Positions 28,951-37,973 of a stretch of DNA of 64,000 nt are shown in pieces (position 1 is the first letter of the stretch; every line of letters starts with the position of its first letter). This DNA is from Phycisphaeraceae bacterium (GTDB taxonomy: Bacteria; Planctomycetota; Phycisphaerae; Phycisphaerales; Phycisphaeraceae). The position numbers and the translations under genes were made by a program. The notes under the pieces were generated by a model. That model did no database searches. It saw only the letters and a program-made list of their open reading frames with translations, and was not told the DNA's origin. The stretch covers positions 2,656,001 to 2,720,000 of the forward strand of contig OY771506.1 of NCBI GenBank assembly GCA_963674705.1, given 5' to 3'.

Positions 28951-30792
28951 TTATCGGAAACGATTGCACATCATTACTGAAGAAATCCCCAACAATATTA
29001 AAGTGCCCGGTTCGGGGATAGAGGAATATATAGTTGCACCAGGAGGAGTGTCGGTGTTCCAGTTGGCCAGTAATAAATCCAAGTCATCCAGCCCGACATA
29101 ACCGTCGCCGGTAGTATCACCGGCGGTGAAGTCCCAGGGGGTGACGGATTGATTCCAGTTATTCAAGATGATGTCCAGATCGTCGAGGCCGACGAAGCCG
29201 TCGCCGTTGAAGTCGCCTGATGGGCGGGTGTTGGCGACGAAGATACCGGACGTACCGTCGGTGAAGGTTAGAGTGAATGCGAGCTGGCCGGCATTGTTAA
29301 ATGATGGCGGCTGGCCGTTATTACCGGTATCGCTCGCAGAGAGGAAAGCAAATGAATCGATGGTCTTGTACTCTTCAATAAATGGATCGTCGTTGACATC
29401 GAATAAGTCATCCTCTCGAACGATAAGTTGGAGCGTGCCCGTACTGTTGATAACCCATAGACCACCATCATTCAATTCAGTGATGCCCGGGCCGTTAAGC
29501 AAAGCCCCGAAGGCAACCTGTCCCACGTCATTGAGCAATAGTGAGCTAGTGAAGTCACCACGGAAGACAACTCCCGGCTCGAAGCCCGGTGCGGGTTGGC
29601 CGGTTCTGATAAGAAGCTGCGGTGCATCACCTCGATCAATCCAGATGCTGCCATTGTTCGTCTGATCGACGCTGTCGCCATGTAACCTGGCAGTGAACAC
29701 ACAGTCCCCATTGCTGTTGATGGCGGGATTAGAAAAATCGAAGAATCTGACGCCGGCTTCGGTGCCGGGGGCCGGCTGACCTCCGCGGGCAATGAGCGAC
29801 AAGTCATCACTTCGTTGCGCCCATAGGCCCCATTTGTTGAGATCGTCAACATCTGGTCCAGCCAATACGGCGCGGAAGACCACATCGCCTGTGTCATGAA
29901 TCACAGGTTTTGTAAAGATGTAGTAGTACTCGTCAGGCGCTGTTCCCGGGGCATGCGTCCCCTCCCGGGCAATCATAGAAAAAGCACCTGAATTGCCTGC
30001 CCAGATGGCTGTGTCATTTGAAGGGTATACCCCGTTACCCGTCAGTATGCCCAGGATTGCAGCTTGCCCGTTGGTGTTGAGTGACACGTTTTGTTGTTCA
30101 TAGGTTAAATAAAACAACGCGTGCGTTGCTGAATCCACGACGGGATCGCCTGATCGGGAGACCATGTTTAACGCACCCGGTTCGCCGTACCAGACGCCCA
30201 TGCTGTTGTCAGCATTCACACCTGCGCCAATCAGCGACGCCAGGATTGTGGTTTGGCCGGAGGCATTAAATGAAGTTCCTCGTATGGTGTTGAATTCTGA
30301 TCCGGTACCGGGAGCGATATCGCCAATCTGAAGAAGTAACTCGATGTTATTGTTGGCAAGACGCCACAAACCTTGGCCGTTGCTCAATGGGCCGTATGTC
30401 TGGCCCCCGAGCAGAAAGTCACCCATATTGTTTATCTTCCCGCCCACACTTGTAAAGTAAGTGCCCGGCTCTGCACCAGTTGCCGGGTCGCCGGTTTGAA
30501 TGACAAGTTCGATACCATCTTGGGATGCAAGCCATAGCCCGGCTGAGTAAGTGCCGGCCGGGATCGAAGGCCCGCTTAATTCACCTCGGATCAATAGCTG
30601 TCCGGCATCGTTGATCGTGGGGTTGAATAATCTGGAAAAGACAACATCCGGATCGGTTCCCGGTGCGGCCTGGTCAGTCATCACAACCGTTTGGAATGTG
30701 ATTGCTGCTTGTGTGTTGCTACTGAACGCAAAAGAAAGTACCAGCATCGCGCTCGTCATTATCGACAGCGCGCTTGTATATCTCGTGTGCAT
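28951..30792 (-). CDS. PEP-CTERM surface protein with NxxGxxAF tandem repeats and dockerin-like domain
   Basis: Signal peptide; repeated APG...F.....IN..G..AF units; GDFNGDGFVGLDDLD x2; IPEP tail. Confidence 0.9.
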   Translation of the reverse strand: MHTRYTSALSIMTSAMLVLSFAFSSNTQAAITFQTVVMTDQAAPGTDPDVVFSRLFNPTINDAGQLLIRGELSGPSIPAGTYSAGLWLASQDGIELVIQTGDPATGAEPGTYFTSVGGKINNMGDFLLGGQTYGPLSNGQGLWRLANNNIELLLQIGDIAPGTGSEFNTIRGTSFNASGQTTILASLIGAGVNADNSMGVWYGEPGALNMVSRSGDPVVDSATHALFYLTYEQQNVSLNTNGQAAILGILTGNGVYPSNDTAIWAGNSGAFSMIAREGTHAPGTAPDEYYYIFTKPVIHDTGDVVFRAVLAGPDVDDLNKWGLWAQRSDDLSLIARGGQPAPGTEAGVRFFDFSNPAINSNGDCVFTARLHGDSVDQTNNGSIWIDRGDAPQLLIRTGQPAPGFEPGVVFRGDFTSSLLLNDVGQVAFGALLNGPGITELNDGGLWVINSTGTLQLIVREDDLFDVNDDPFIEEYKTIDSFAFLSASDTGNNGQPPSFNNAGQLAFTLTFTDGTSGIFVANTRPSGDFNGDGFVGLDDLDIILNNWNQSVTPWDFTAGDTTGDGYVGLDDLDLLLANWNTDTPPGATIYSSIPEPGTLILLGISSVMMCNRFR

Positions 30793-31068
30793 GACCTAGC
30801 CCCCTATATAAAGAAACTGTCTTCGGGGGCGATGTTAACAGTTGGGCTAAGGCGTTTCAATGCATATCGATTCAACAAGCCTGATATTGACATCCTGTAC
30901 CATCCCTGCATCAATCAAGCGATCTGTTCCTCGTACAGAAACCCGGCATGGCATGTCTTTCAGCGCATCAAAATGCGCGATGCGATTGTTTTAATGGAAT
31001 GCGATACGTAGAGAGATGTCTGACTGGCATGGTTGGGTAATATAGGGATTCAAAGCTCAATCGTAACG

Positions 31069-31599
31069 CTACTTGTTGTCCCGGCCTTCGATGCGTTCGA
31101 TGTCTTTGATGTAGGCTTCGGTGCGGTCGAGTTCGCGCTTCAGGTGGCGAACGCGCAGCAGGCTCTTGACGCGGGTGATGAGTTCTAGTTTGTTAACCGG
31201 TTTGGTGACGAAGTCATCGGTGCCGGACTCGACGCCGCGTTCGATGTCGCCCAGTTCGTTGAGCGCGGTCACCATCATGATGGGGATGGTGCGTGTCTCG
31301 GGGTCGTTTTTCAGCCGCTTGCAGACGTCGAAGCCTGACATCTTGGGCATCATGACGTCGAGCAGGATCAGGTCGGGGGTCGGGCGGTCCGGGTCTTCGA
31401 TCAGCTCGATCGCTTCCAGGCCGTCGTAGGCGGTCAGGACCTGGCAGGGCATGTCGTCGAGGTAGGCCTGCATCAGTTCGACGTTCTGCTGGTTGTCATC
31501 AACGACGAGGATGACGGACTGGCTGAGGTCGATCTGCTCCTGGTCGGCGTTGGCGATCGTATTGTTGCCCGTCTGGTCGGGACTGTTGGTATCTGTCAT
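31069..31599 (-). CDS. Response regulator (receiver domain with helical tail, PleD-N-like)
   Basis: ILVVDD, PDLILLDVMMP, IPIMMVTA, DDFVTKP. Confidence 0.93.
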   Translation of the reverse strand: MTDTNSPDQTGNNTIANADQEQIDLSQSVILVVDDNQQNVELMQAYLDDMPCQVLTAYDGLEAIELIEDPDRPTPDLILLDVMMPKMSGFDVCKRLKNDPETRTIPIMMVTALNELGDIERGVESGTDDFVTKPVNKLELITRVKSLLRVRHLKRELDRTEAYIKDIERIEGRDNK

Positions 31600-32309
31600 A
31601 GCTGAGAATCCTGAGTGATCATCTCCAGGCGTTGTGCCAGGCGTTTAAGTGCCGGCTCCTCGGCCGACTGGAGTCTTTGCCGCAGTGCTTTGAGGTCCTT
31701 GACGTCGTCTACATCCTGCCAGGTGGGCAGTTGCTCGAACGTCAGGCCGGCCTTTTGTGCGGCATCACGCGTCTGATGGTACACCGCAGTGGTGCCCCAG
31801 TCGATGCCGGCCAGCAATTCGGGGGTATATCGTCGAGCAGCCAGGCACCAATAACCTCCATCATCCACCGGGCCACACGCCGCGTCGGCTGACTGAAGGG
31901 CGATGGGGATGCTATCCAGGTGTGATTTCGGCACATCCGGGCAGTCCACGCCGAAGAACACAGCCGATCCAGATCCGATCTGACGCCAGACGTGGTCCAG
32001 TCGATCACCGAGTGAACCGGCACCTTGGTCTATAACTGTAGTGTTTTCAGGGATATCCAGTGAAAGTGCCGGGTCATCGTGGGAGAACGGGGCCTCATGG
32101 TCATTTACAGCTATAAATAGTTGTCCCAAAGAGGCTTGGGTTAACCTCTGGACCGTGCATCGCAGCAGATCGGTATGGATGATGGCGGCTTGATAGGCGT
32201 TGAACTGGCCGATCAAGCGGGTTTTTACCTGTCCCGGCACGGGTCGTTTAGCCATGACCACACAGCTCAATACGTCCTTGCGCAAATCTGTTGGACGGGT
32301 GTTAGGCAT
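31596..32309 (-). CDS. DUF2064/TIGR04282-type glycosyltransferase-like protein
   Basis: AK.P.PG.VKTRL, Q..GSLG.RL, G.DCP, GP..DGGYW, IDWGT, DVD. Confidence 0.88.
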   Translation of the reverse strand: MPNTRPTDLRKDVLSCVVMAKRPVPGQVKTRLIGQFNAYQAAIIHTDLLRCTVQRLTQASLGQLFIAVNDHEAPFSHDDPALSLDIPENTTVIDQGAGSLGDRLDHVWRQIGSGSAVFFGVDCPDVPKSHLDSIPIALQSADAACGPVDDGGYWCLAARRYTPELLAGIDWGTTAVYHQTRDAAQKAGLTFEQLPTWQDVDDVKDLKALRQRLQSAEEPALKRLAQRLEMITQDSQL

Positions 32310-32486
32310 TGTAATTACTGAATTTATGGCTATTATTGCGGGAACAGTGTTTGCGGGAACAGTGAATAATGGCTATGATGCGGGGCTACGCCATTATCCG
32401 CAAATATTAATAAACGCGAATCAGATCGGCACTTGTGCGTTGGGCAATGCGTATGGGCGGCCTAAGATTTTCGGGCAATACAGAGA

Positions 32487-32984
32487 ATGACAGCTATGGC
32501 AAAAATTGAGGAATATAAAGTCAAGAGCCCGTGGGAAGACCGTTGGGTCCAGCCGGAGCTGGCGCAGTTGCTGAATCCCCTGGATGAGCAGCGTCGTAAG
32601 ATTGTGGACATCCTGATCGAGAAGATCAACGAGTTTCCGGGTGTCCACCAGGGCCTGATCTGGCACGGTGCGGCGTGGCGCTGGACGCTGGAATTCTCGC
32701 TTTATGACGAAGATGGCAAGCTGCTTGAAACATTGGCGTATCTGGTGCCGAATCCCGAGACGCCGGTGTTGTGTGTGCCGATGAAGTCGCAGATGGTTGA
32801 GAAGCTGCCGATCAAGCGGCTGAACCGGTACATCCGTGACGGGATCCGTGTTGCCAAGCGTGCGATGGATACCCATTGGGCGGTATGGACACCGACGGCC
32901 GTGACGGAGACCGAACACCTGATGGATTTGATCAAACGTCGCCACAAGATCCTGCTCGCTGAGCGGACTGAGGATGCGGCGTGA
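32487..32984 (+). CDS. Conserved hypothetical protein
   Basis: 165-aa ORF with typical codon usage; no family assigned with confidence. Confidence 0.7.
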   Translation: MTAMAKIEEYKVKSPWEDRWVQPELAQLLNPLDEQRRKIVDILIEKINEFPGVHQGLIWHGAAWRWTLEFSLYDEDGKLLETLAYLVPNPETPVLCVPMKSQMVEKLPIKRLNRYIRDGIRVAKRAMDTHWAVWTPTAVTETEHLMDLIKRRHKILLAERTEDAA

Positions 32985-33136
32985 CAGATATCAGTTGTGC
33001 GCTATAACGGGCATCTGATTGTTACATTTTTCGGACCTTGTCCAATCCAATTACCTGTTCATGTAGATAAACGGATGCAGGTCATCTCGGTGGGTTAACT
33101 TGTGCGCGAAAGTGTCAGAAAAAAGTTAGAAAATGA

Positions 33137-33164
33137 TTGACCTGGCGGGGGTGTAGACGATAAT
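33137..33164 (+). promoter_or_regulatory. sigma70-type promoter
   Basis: TTGACC-N16-GATAAT with an A-rich upstream element. Confidence 0.7.
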
Positions 33165-33169
33165 TAGGT

Positions 33170-33520
33170 TGTCGACCGAGCCTGCTGATAGTAAGCGAGA
33201 AAACCTCTCTGAATGTCAGTATGAGCGGAGTCGACCGAGCATCGGATCGTAGACCCCTGCGGCCGATGAGCGCGGTGCCCCGGTAAGACGTTACGGGGCG
33301 GAAAGACTCCGGCGGCCACGGGTCGTTCGCATACGGCAACGACACGAGATGGTGACGGCTGGGATTGGCTCTTTTCAGAATGGAGGTGATCCTTGGATAA
33401 CGACTGTATGAGCGTCTGGAGTGGGCTGCGTTAGGCAGCTCGACGGGGCTGTAGAGCAGCTCCCACTACCAGACCATCAAGCTATGCCCGCCCCGATGCG
33501 TTGGGGCGGGCTTATTTTTT
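33170..33520 (+). ncRNA. Putative ~350-nt structured RNA / small-ORF transcript of unknown class
   Basis: Bounded by a promoter and a terminator; many hairpins; GTCGACCGAGC x2; GGAGGTGATCC; 13-codon ORF at 33393-33434. Confidence 0.6.
33486..33520 (+). terminator. Rho-independent terminator
   Basis: GCCCGCCCC...GGGGCGGGC followed by TTATTTTTT. Confidence 0.9.
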
Positions 33521-33573
33521 GGGGGTAGCGATTTTTAATCGCTAATTTCGAATCGTTAATCGCTAATGTTTCT

Positions 33574-33619
33574 AACCCAACGCCGGTTCTGAGCGCAGCG
33601 AAGGGCCGGGTATCTTTCT
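33574..33619. repeat. Reverse copy of the 22025-22069 repeat
   Basis: aacccaacgccggttctgagcgcagcgaagggccgggtatctttct. Confidence 0.8.
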
Positions 33620-33701
33620 GTGATTCGGTGAATTTCATTTTCTGCATTTTCTGCTTTTTTAATTTCCAGTTTTCCTATTCCCCCTCCGCCCGATTACACT
33701 C

Positions 33702-34859
33702 TTGTCCATGTCATCCCGGGAACATGATGCACTTCTGGCTCTAACACTTTCCGAGGGTTTCGGACAAGCCACGATTCAACGTTGTGTCGAAACGTTCGGC
33801 AGCGCTGCGGGCTCGCTCGATGCTTCGGCTGAGCAATTTGCACGTCTCGATCAAGTGGGAATGCAGCGTGCACGCAAGTTGCGGGCGGCGCTCGATCGAA
33901 CTTTACAAAGCGGGTTGGTAGAAGCTGAGCGGGAATTGATCGCATCGCATGATGTGCATCTGATTGCGTTTGGTGATGAAGAATACCCGCAGCTACTGAA
34001 GCACATCCCCGATCCGCCAACACTGCTTTGGGTGCGTGGGCGGATGGTTGAAGAAGATGCGCTGGCGCTTGGGATAGTGGGTTCTAGACGTTGTTCTCAC
34101 TATGGCAGAGAGCAGGCGGATCGGTTTGCGAGTTTGTGTGCACAGAGTGGGTTGTGCATCGTCAGTGGTGGGGCACGCGGGATCGATGGAGCGGCGCATC
34201 GCGCGGCTCTGCGCATGGGTGGGCGGACGATCGCTGTGATCGGTTCGGGGTTGGCGCAGCCTTACCCGCATGACCATAAAGACCTGTTCGATGAAATCGT
34301 GGCCTCAGATGGCGAGCACGGCGCGGTGATCAGTGAGTTTCCGATGTCAACGCCGCCCAGCGCACAGAACTTCCCGCGGCGGAACCGGATCATCTCGGGT
34401 TTATCATTAGGCGTGCTGGTTGTCGAAGCGGCGCAGCGGAGCGGGGCGCTCATCACGGCGAGGGTGGCGGTCGAGGAACATCATCGGGAGTTGATGGCGA
34501 TCCCGGGGCGTGTTGATTCGCAGGGTTCGGCCGGCTGCCACAAGATCATCCGCGAGGGCTGGGCGACGCTCGTGACGAGCCCGGCGGACGTATTGGATGC
34601 GCTGGGTGAAGCGGGACAAATGCTGAAGGTCGGGCTGACGAAAGAAGAACCGAAAGAGGATCAGAGCCTGTTTACGGATATCGGGTTGACTGAGAAGCAG
34701 AAGCAAATCCTGGAAGCAATGAACGGGACCTGCAGCCTGGATCAGATCGTGGCGCACAGCGGATTGCCGATCGAGAAGGTGCAGGCGGAGCTGACGATGC
34801 TGGAGCTGCGGGGGCTTGTGAAGCGGCGGGGCGGGTTGTTTACGCGGAAAAAAGGGTAA
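33702..34859 (+). CDS. dprA: DNA-processing protein DprA
   Basis: YP..LK.IPDPP.LL, IVGSR, VSGGARGID..AH, FPRRNRIISGLS, SGALITA; C-terminal winged helix. Confidence 0.96.
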   Translation: MSMSSREHDALLALTLSEGFGQATIQRCVETFGSAAGSLDASAEQFARLDQVGMQRARKLRAALDRTLQSGLVEAERELIASHDVHLIAFGDEEYPQLLKHIPDPPTLLWVRGRMVEEDALALGIVGSRRCSHYGREQADRFASLCAQSGLCIVSGGARGIDGAAHRAALRMGGRTIAVIGSGLAQPYPHDHKDLFDEIVASDGEHGAVISEFPMSTPPSAQNFPRRNRIISGLSLGVLVVEAAQRSGALITARVAVEEHHRELMAIPGRVDSQGSAGCHKIIREGWATLVTSPADVLDALGEAGQMLKVGLTKEEPKEDQSLFTDIGLTEKQKQILEAMNGTCSLDQIVAHSGLPIEKVQAELTMLELRGLVKRRGGLFTRKKG

Positions 34860-34978
34860 GAATCAGGCGAAGAACGCGAGTAAACTCGCTCGCTAAACGG
34901 GGGTGGGGTTTTGCTACAATACGCGGCTCGACTGCGCCGAGTGTGGCGTGGTTTGTTTAAGCAGACGGAAGGTGCAAC

Positions 34979-36301
34979 ATGTTCCCGGTTTATGATCTTG
35001 GTACACCCGACGGCAACGCGGGGCTCGACGCTTGCCTTGAACGTTTACGCGCTACGACCAGTGCCGGCGGCGACGCTGCGAAGGTCGTGACAGATATCCT
35101 CGCGGACGTGCACGAGCATGGCGACGAGGCGCTGGTGCGCTACGTTCAGCGGTTCAGCGATCCGGGATTTACGATGGACCGTCTGCGCGTCAGCAGCGAA
35201 GACCTCGCCGGTGCTGCGGCTAAGGTTGAGCCTGCGCTGCTCGATGCGATCAAGACGGCGATTCAGCAGGTGCGTGAATATCAGCAGCACGTGATGCCTG
35301 AGCCGACGCAGCCGATCACGATCGGCGGGGCGGAGTTGGGCTTGCGTTTCTCGCCGGTCGATAGTGTGGGATTGCACGTGCCGGGCGGGACGGCGGTGTT
35401 GTTCTCAACGTTAATCATGCTCGCGGTGCCTGCGATCGTGGCGGGTGTTGACCCGAAGAAGATCAGCGTGGCGCACCCCTTACCGACACGGCGAGGTGAT
35501 GCAGAAGGCGCAAGCGACATTTCGCCGATCGTGCTGGCTGCGGCTCACATGCTGGGGATCGACAAGGTGTACCGCGTCGGTGGGGCGGAGGGTGTGTCCG
35601 CGCTTGCCTACGGCACAAAAACGATCGAGCCTGTCGACTTCATCGCGGGGCCGGGCAATGTTTACAGCCAACTCGCCAAGGCACAGCTCAACGGGAAGGT
35701 CGGCATCGACGGGTTCTATGGCCCAAGTGAAATCGTCACGATTGCAGACGAAACCGCGGATCCGGTGCGCATTGCCGCGGACCTGATCGCACAGGCGGAG
35801 CACGACCCGGGCAAGTGTTTCCTTTTAGTCTGGTCGCGCGATGTGTTAGAGAAGATCACAGCAGAAGTTGCCAAGCAGATCGAGCAACGTAAGCGCAAGG
35901 ATGCGATCGTGCGTGCGTTTGAAAATGAATCCTGCGCTGTGATCGTGAAGGATATCGATGAAGCTGCGGAGATCGCGAACCGATTTGCCGCTGAGCACGT
36001 GAACTTGGCGGTTGCCGATGTTGATGCATTGCTTGAGAAGGTGCGTCACGCCGGTGAGGTGTTCCTGGGCGACACGACCCCCGTCGCGTCGGGCGATTAT
36101 TACGCGGGACCGAGTCACTGTTTGCCGACCGGCACGACAGCCCGCTTCACCAGCGGCATCAGCGTCTACACGTTCCTGAAACGCACCGGCACCGTTGCCT
36201 ACCGCAATGCCATGCCCGCCATCGCCATCGACCACATCGCAAAGATGGCCGAGGCCGAGGGATTGGATGGGCACGCACATTCGGTAAGGGTGAGGGGTTG
36301 A
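34979..36301 (+). CDS. hisD: Histidinol dehydrogenase
   Basis: VPGG, GPGN.Y...AK, GID...GPSE, DLIAQAEHD, AEH, GDYYAGPSH.LPT. Confidence 0.96.
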   Translation: MFPVYDLGTPDGNAGLDACLERLRATTSAGGDAAKVVTDILADVHEHGDEALVRYVQRFSDPGFTMDRLRVSSEDLAGAAAKVEPALLDAIKTAIQQVREYQQHVMPEPTQPITIGGAELGLRFSPVDSVGLHVPGGTAVLFSTLIMLAVPAIVAGVDPKKISVAHPLPTRRGDAEGASDISPIVLAAAHMLGIDKVYRVGGAEGVSALAYGTKTIEPVDFIAGPGNVYSQLAKAQLNGKVGIDGFYGPSEIVTIADETADPVRIAADLIAQAEHDPGKCFLLVWSRDVLEKITAEVAKQIEQRKRKDAIVRAFENESCAVIVKDIDEAAEIANRFAAEHVNLAVADVDALLEKVRHAGEVFLGDTTPVASGDYYAGPSHCLPTGTTARFTSGISVYTFLKRTGTVAYRNAMPAIAIDHIAKMAEAEGLDGHAHSVRVRG

Positions 36302-36330
36302 CAAGTATGTATATCGTGGGCTATACTTGT
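36298..36330 (+). promoter_or_regulatory. sigma70 promoter with overlapping inverted repeat (candidate HicB operator)
   Basis: TTGACA-N18-TATACT; ACAAGTAT (36301-36308) / ATACTTGT (36323-36330). Confidence 0.6.
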
Positions 36331-36484
36331 GTTGTTCCAATAGAAAGGAGCGACAGCGGTCACGCCCTAGATAGTTTGCATACTCAAACTCTTACTGCAC
36401 GAAAACCTCATTTTCAGGCGTGGCTGTGTTAATATATTTTCCGGGGTGATTCGTGGAAGGTTTTCGTGTGGTCGGAGTTTATCC

Positions 36485-36694
36485 ATGCCCAGCGATGTTC
36501 CCTTTTCACAGGTCAGAAAACTACTTGAATCACACGGATGGACATGTAGTCGGGTTCGCGGCTCGCATCATGTTTTCACCAAGGAAGGCGAAACGCCGAT
36601 TATTATTCCGGTCCATCGTCGAAAGGTGAAGTTTGGATATGTCCACCGGATCAAAAAACAACTCGAAGAAGAAGGCAAAGGGCAAGGCGATTGA
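36485..36694 (+). CDS. hicA: HicA-family toxin (mRNA interferase)
   Basis: LLE.HGW...RVRGSHHVF.K.G...IIIPVH. Confidence 0.9.
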   Translation: MPSDVPFSQVRKLLESHGWTCSRVRGSHHVFTKEGETPIIIPVHRRKVKFGYVHRIKKQLEEEGKGQGD

Positions 36695-37067
36695 TGCGCC
36701 GTTTGACCCCAAGCTCTGGAAGCAGGCGGCCGAGATCGCTTCGACCTATCGTTTGATTATTGAGAAGGAGCCGGAGGTAGGGGGGTACCTGGGGCGTTCG
36801 GTGGAGATGCCGATGGTGATGTCGGATGGGCCGACGATCGCCAAGTGTGCGACCGAGACGCTTGAGGCGATGACGCTGGCAGTGGCGACGATGCTTGAAG
36901 ACGGGGAACGTCCGCCGATGTCCAGCAAAACTGAAAAACGCACGGCCCAGGTCAACGTGCGGTTGACCGAGGAAGAAAAACTTCGGTTGGAAGAGGCTGC
37001 CAAGCGGCAGGGGTTTCGGGGTATTTCGGATTACATCCGGTCGGCGGCGCTTAAAGAAGCAAGCTAA
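36633..37067 (+). CDS. hicB: HicB-family antitoxin with C-terminal ribbon-helix-helix domain
   Basis: GGY.G..VEMP.V.SDG.T...EA.......G..PP, then QVNVRLTEEEK..LEEAA..QG..ISDYIR. Confidence 0.88.
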   Translation: MDMSTGSKNNSKKKAKGKAIDAPFDPKLWKQAAEIASTYRLIIEKEPEVGGYLGRSVEMPMVMSDGPTIAKCATETLEAMTLAVATMLEDGERPPMSSKTEKRTAQVNVRLTEEEKLRLEEAAKRQGFRGISDYIRSAALKEAS

Positions 37068-37106
37068 ACCTGAAAGTGAACGCTCTAAGCCGCAAGCGGC
37101 TTTGGG

Positions 37107-37973
37107 CTAGCTTTGGAAGTCGAGGCCCAGGGCTTTGGCGGCTTTTTCGCATGCGCCAAAGTCGTCGCAGACGAGGAAGTAGATGATGTCGCCGCTGCGC
37201 CAGATGAGCATGGGGTGGTCGGCGTCGGGGCCGGCGGCGATGGCGTGGTGGCCGTCTTCGAGGTCGATCTTCCAGGGGGGCAACTGAGAGAAGAGGCTGA
37301 TGAAGTCGCCTGTTTCGGTGGACTCGTAGAGCAGGTGCAGGGTCTGGCCGCCGGGGACGTGGCATGGGCCTGCGCCGGCGAATTCGTAGCCGATGGATGA
37401 CAGGTCGGGGGTCAACACCGGTTGCGACATGAACTTTTCCGCAGCCGGGCCGAGGTCGGAGATGGAGCGAGGGAAGTCCGGGTCGATGAAGTGGTCTTCG
37501 AGCGTGGAGCATGCCAGGTGCTTATTGGTGACCGACTCGGCGAGTTGGGCGAGGGTGTAGGTTTTCTTTTCCTGGATCGGGCCGAGGTTTGTGTTTGAGT
37601 TCAAGCTCATGACATAGAGCGATGCGCCGACAACGATCAACAGCATGGCTGCGACAGCAGAAAGAGTGGTCCACCACGGCCAGGCTTTGTGCCGCGTCGC
37701 GCTATCATTGATCGGTTTGGCCTCATCATTGAATGGTATGGGCTCTGAATCGATGTCAAGATTGGCGATCATTTGACGGAGGCTGTCGGGCGCTTTGGGG
37801 GTGGCGCTGTGGATGGCTTGCCGGGAGGCTTTGCGGAGTTGGGTAAGTTCGTCGAGCCTGGTCGCGAGGTTCGGGTGCTCGGCGAGTGCGCGCTGAACCG
37901 CCGCACGGCGATCTTCGTTTAATTCGCCGTCGACGTATGCCAGCAGTTCTTGATCGTGGATAGGGTCACTCAT
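37107..37973 (-). CDS. Transmembrane anti-sigma factor
   Basis: LLAYVDGEL N-terminal anti-sigma domain, single TM, extracytoplasmic PDL...GY...G..C domain; coupled to the ECF gene. Confidence 0.85.
   Translation of the reverse strand: MSDPIHDQELLAYVDGELNEDRRAAVQRALAEHPNLATRLDELTQLRKASRQAIHSATPKAPDSLRQMIANLDIDSEPIPFNDEAKPINDSATRHKAWPWWTTLSAVAAMLLIVVGASLYVMSLNSNTNLGPIQEKKTYTLAQLAESVTNKHLACSTLEDHFIDPDFPRSISDLGPAAEKFMSQPVLTPDLSSIGYEFAGAGPCHVPGGQTLHLLYESTETGDFISLFSQLPPWKIDLEDGHHAIAAGPDADHPMLIWRSGDIIYFLVCDDFGACEKAAKALGLDFQS

Noticed and set aside
33382..33392. 16S rRNA gene fragment on the minus strand
   Set aside because: Only the terminal 11 nt match; the flanks do not resemble 16S helix 45.
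33170..33520. Identification of the structured RNA as tmRNA, RNase P RNA, SRP RNA or 6S RNA
   Set aside because: GGGGCTG at ~33445 is not followed by TTCGAC and there is no T-loop/CCA end; no GAGGAAAGTCC...AACCCGGCTTA; no SRP GGAA/AGCAG helix; too long and branched for a 6S rod.
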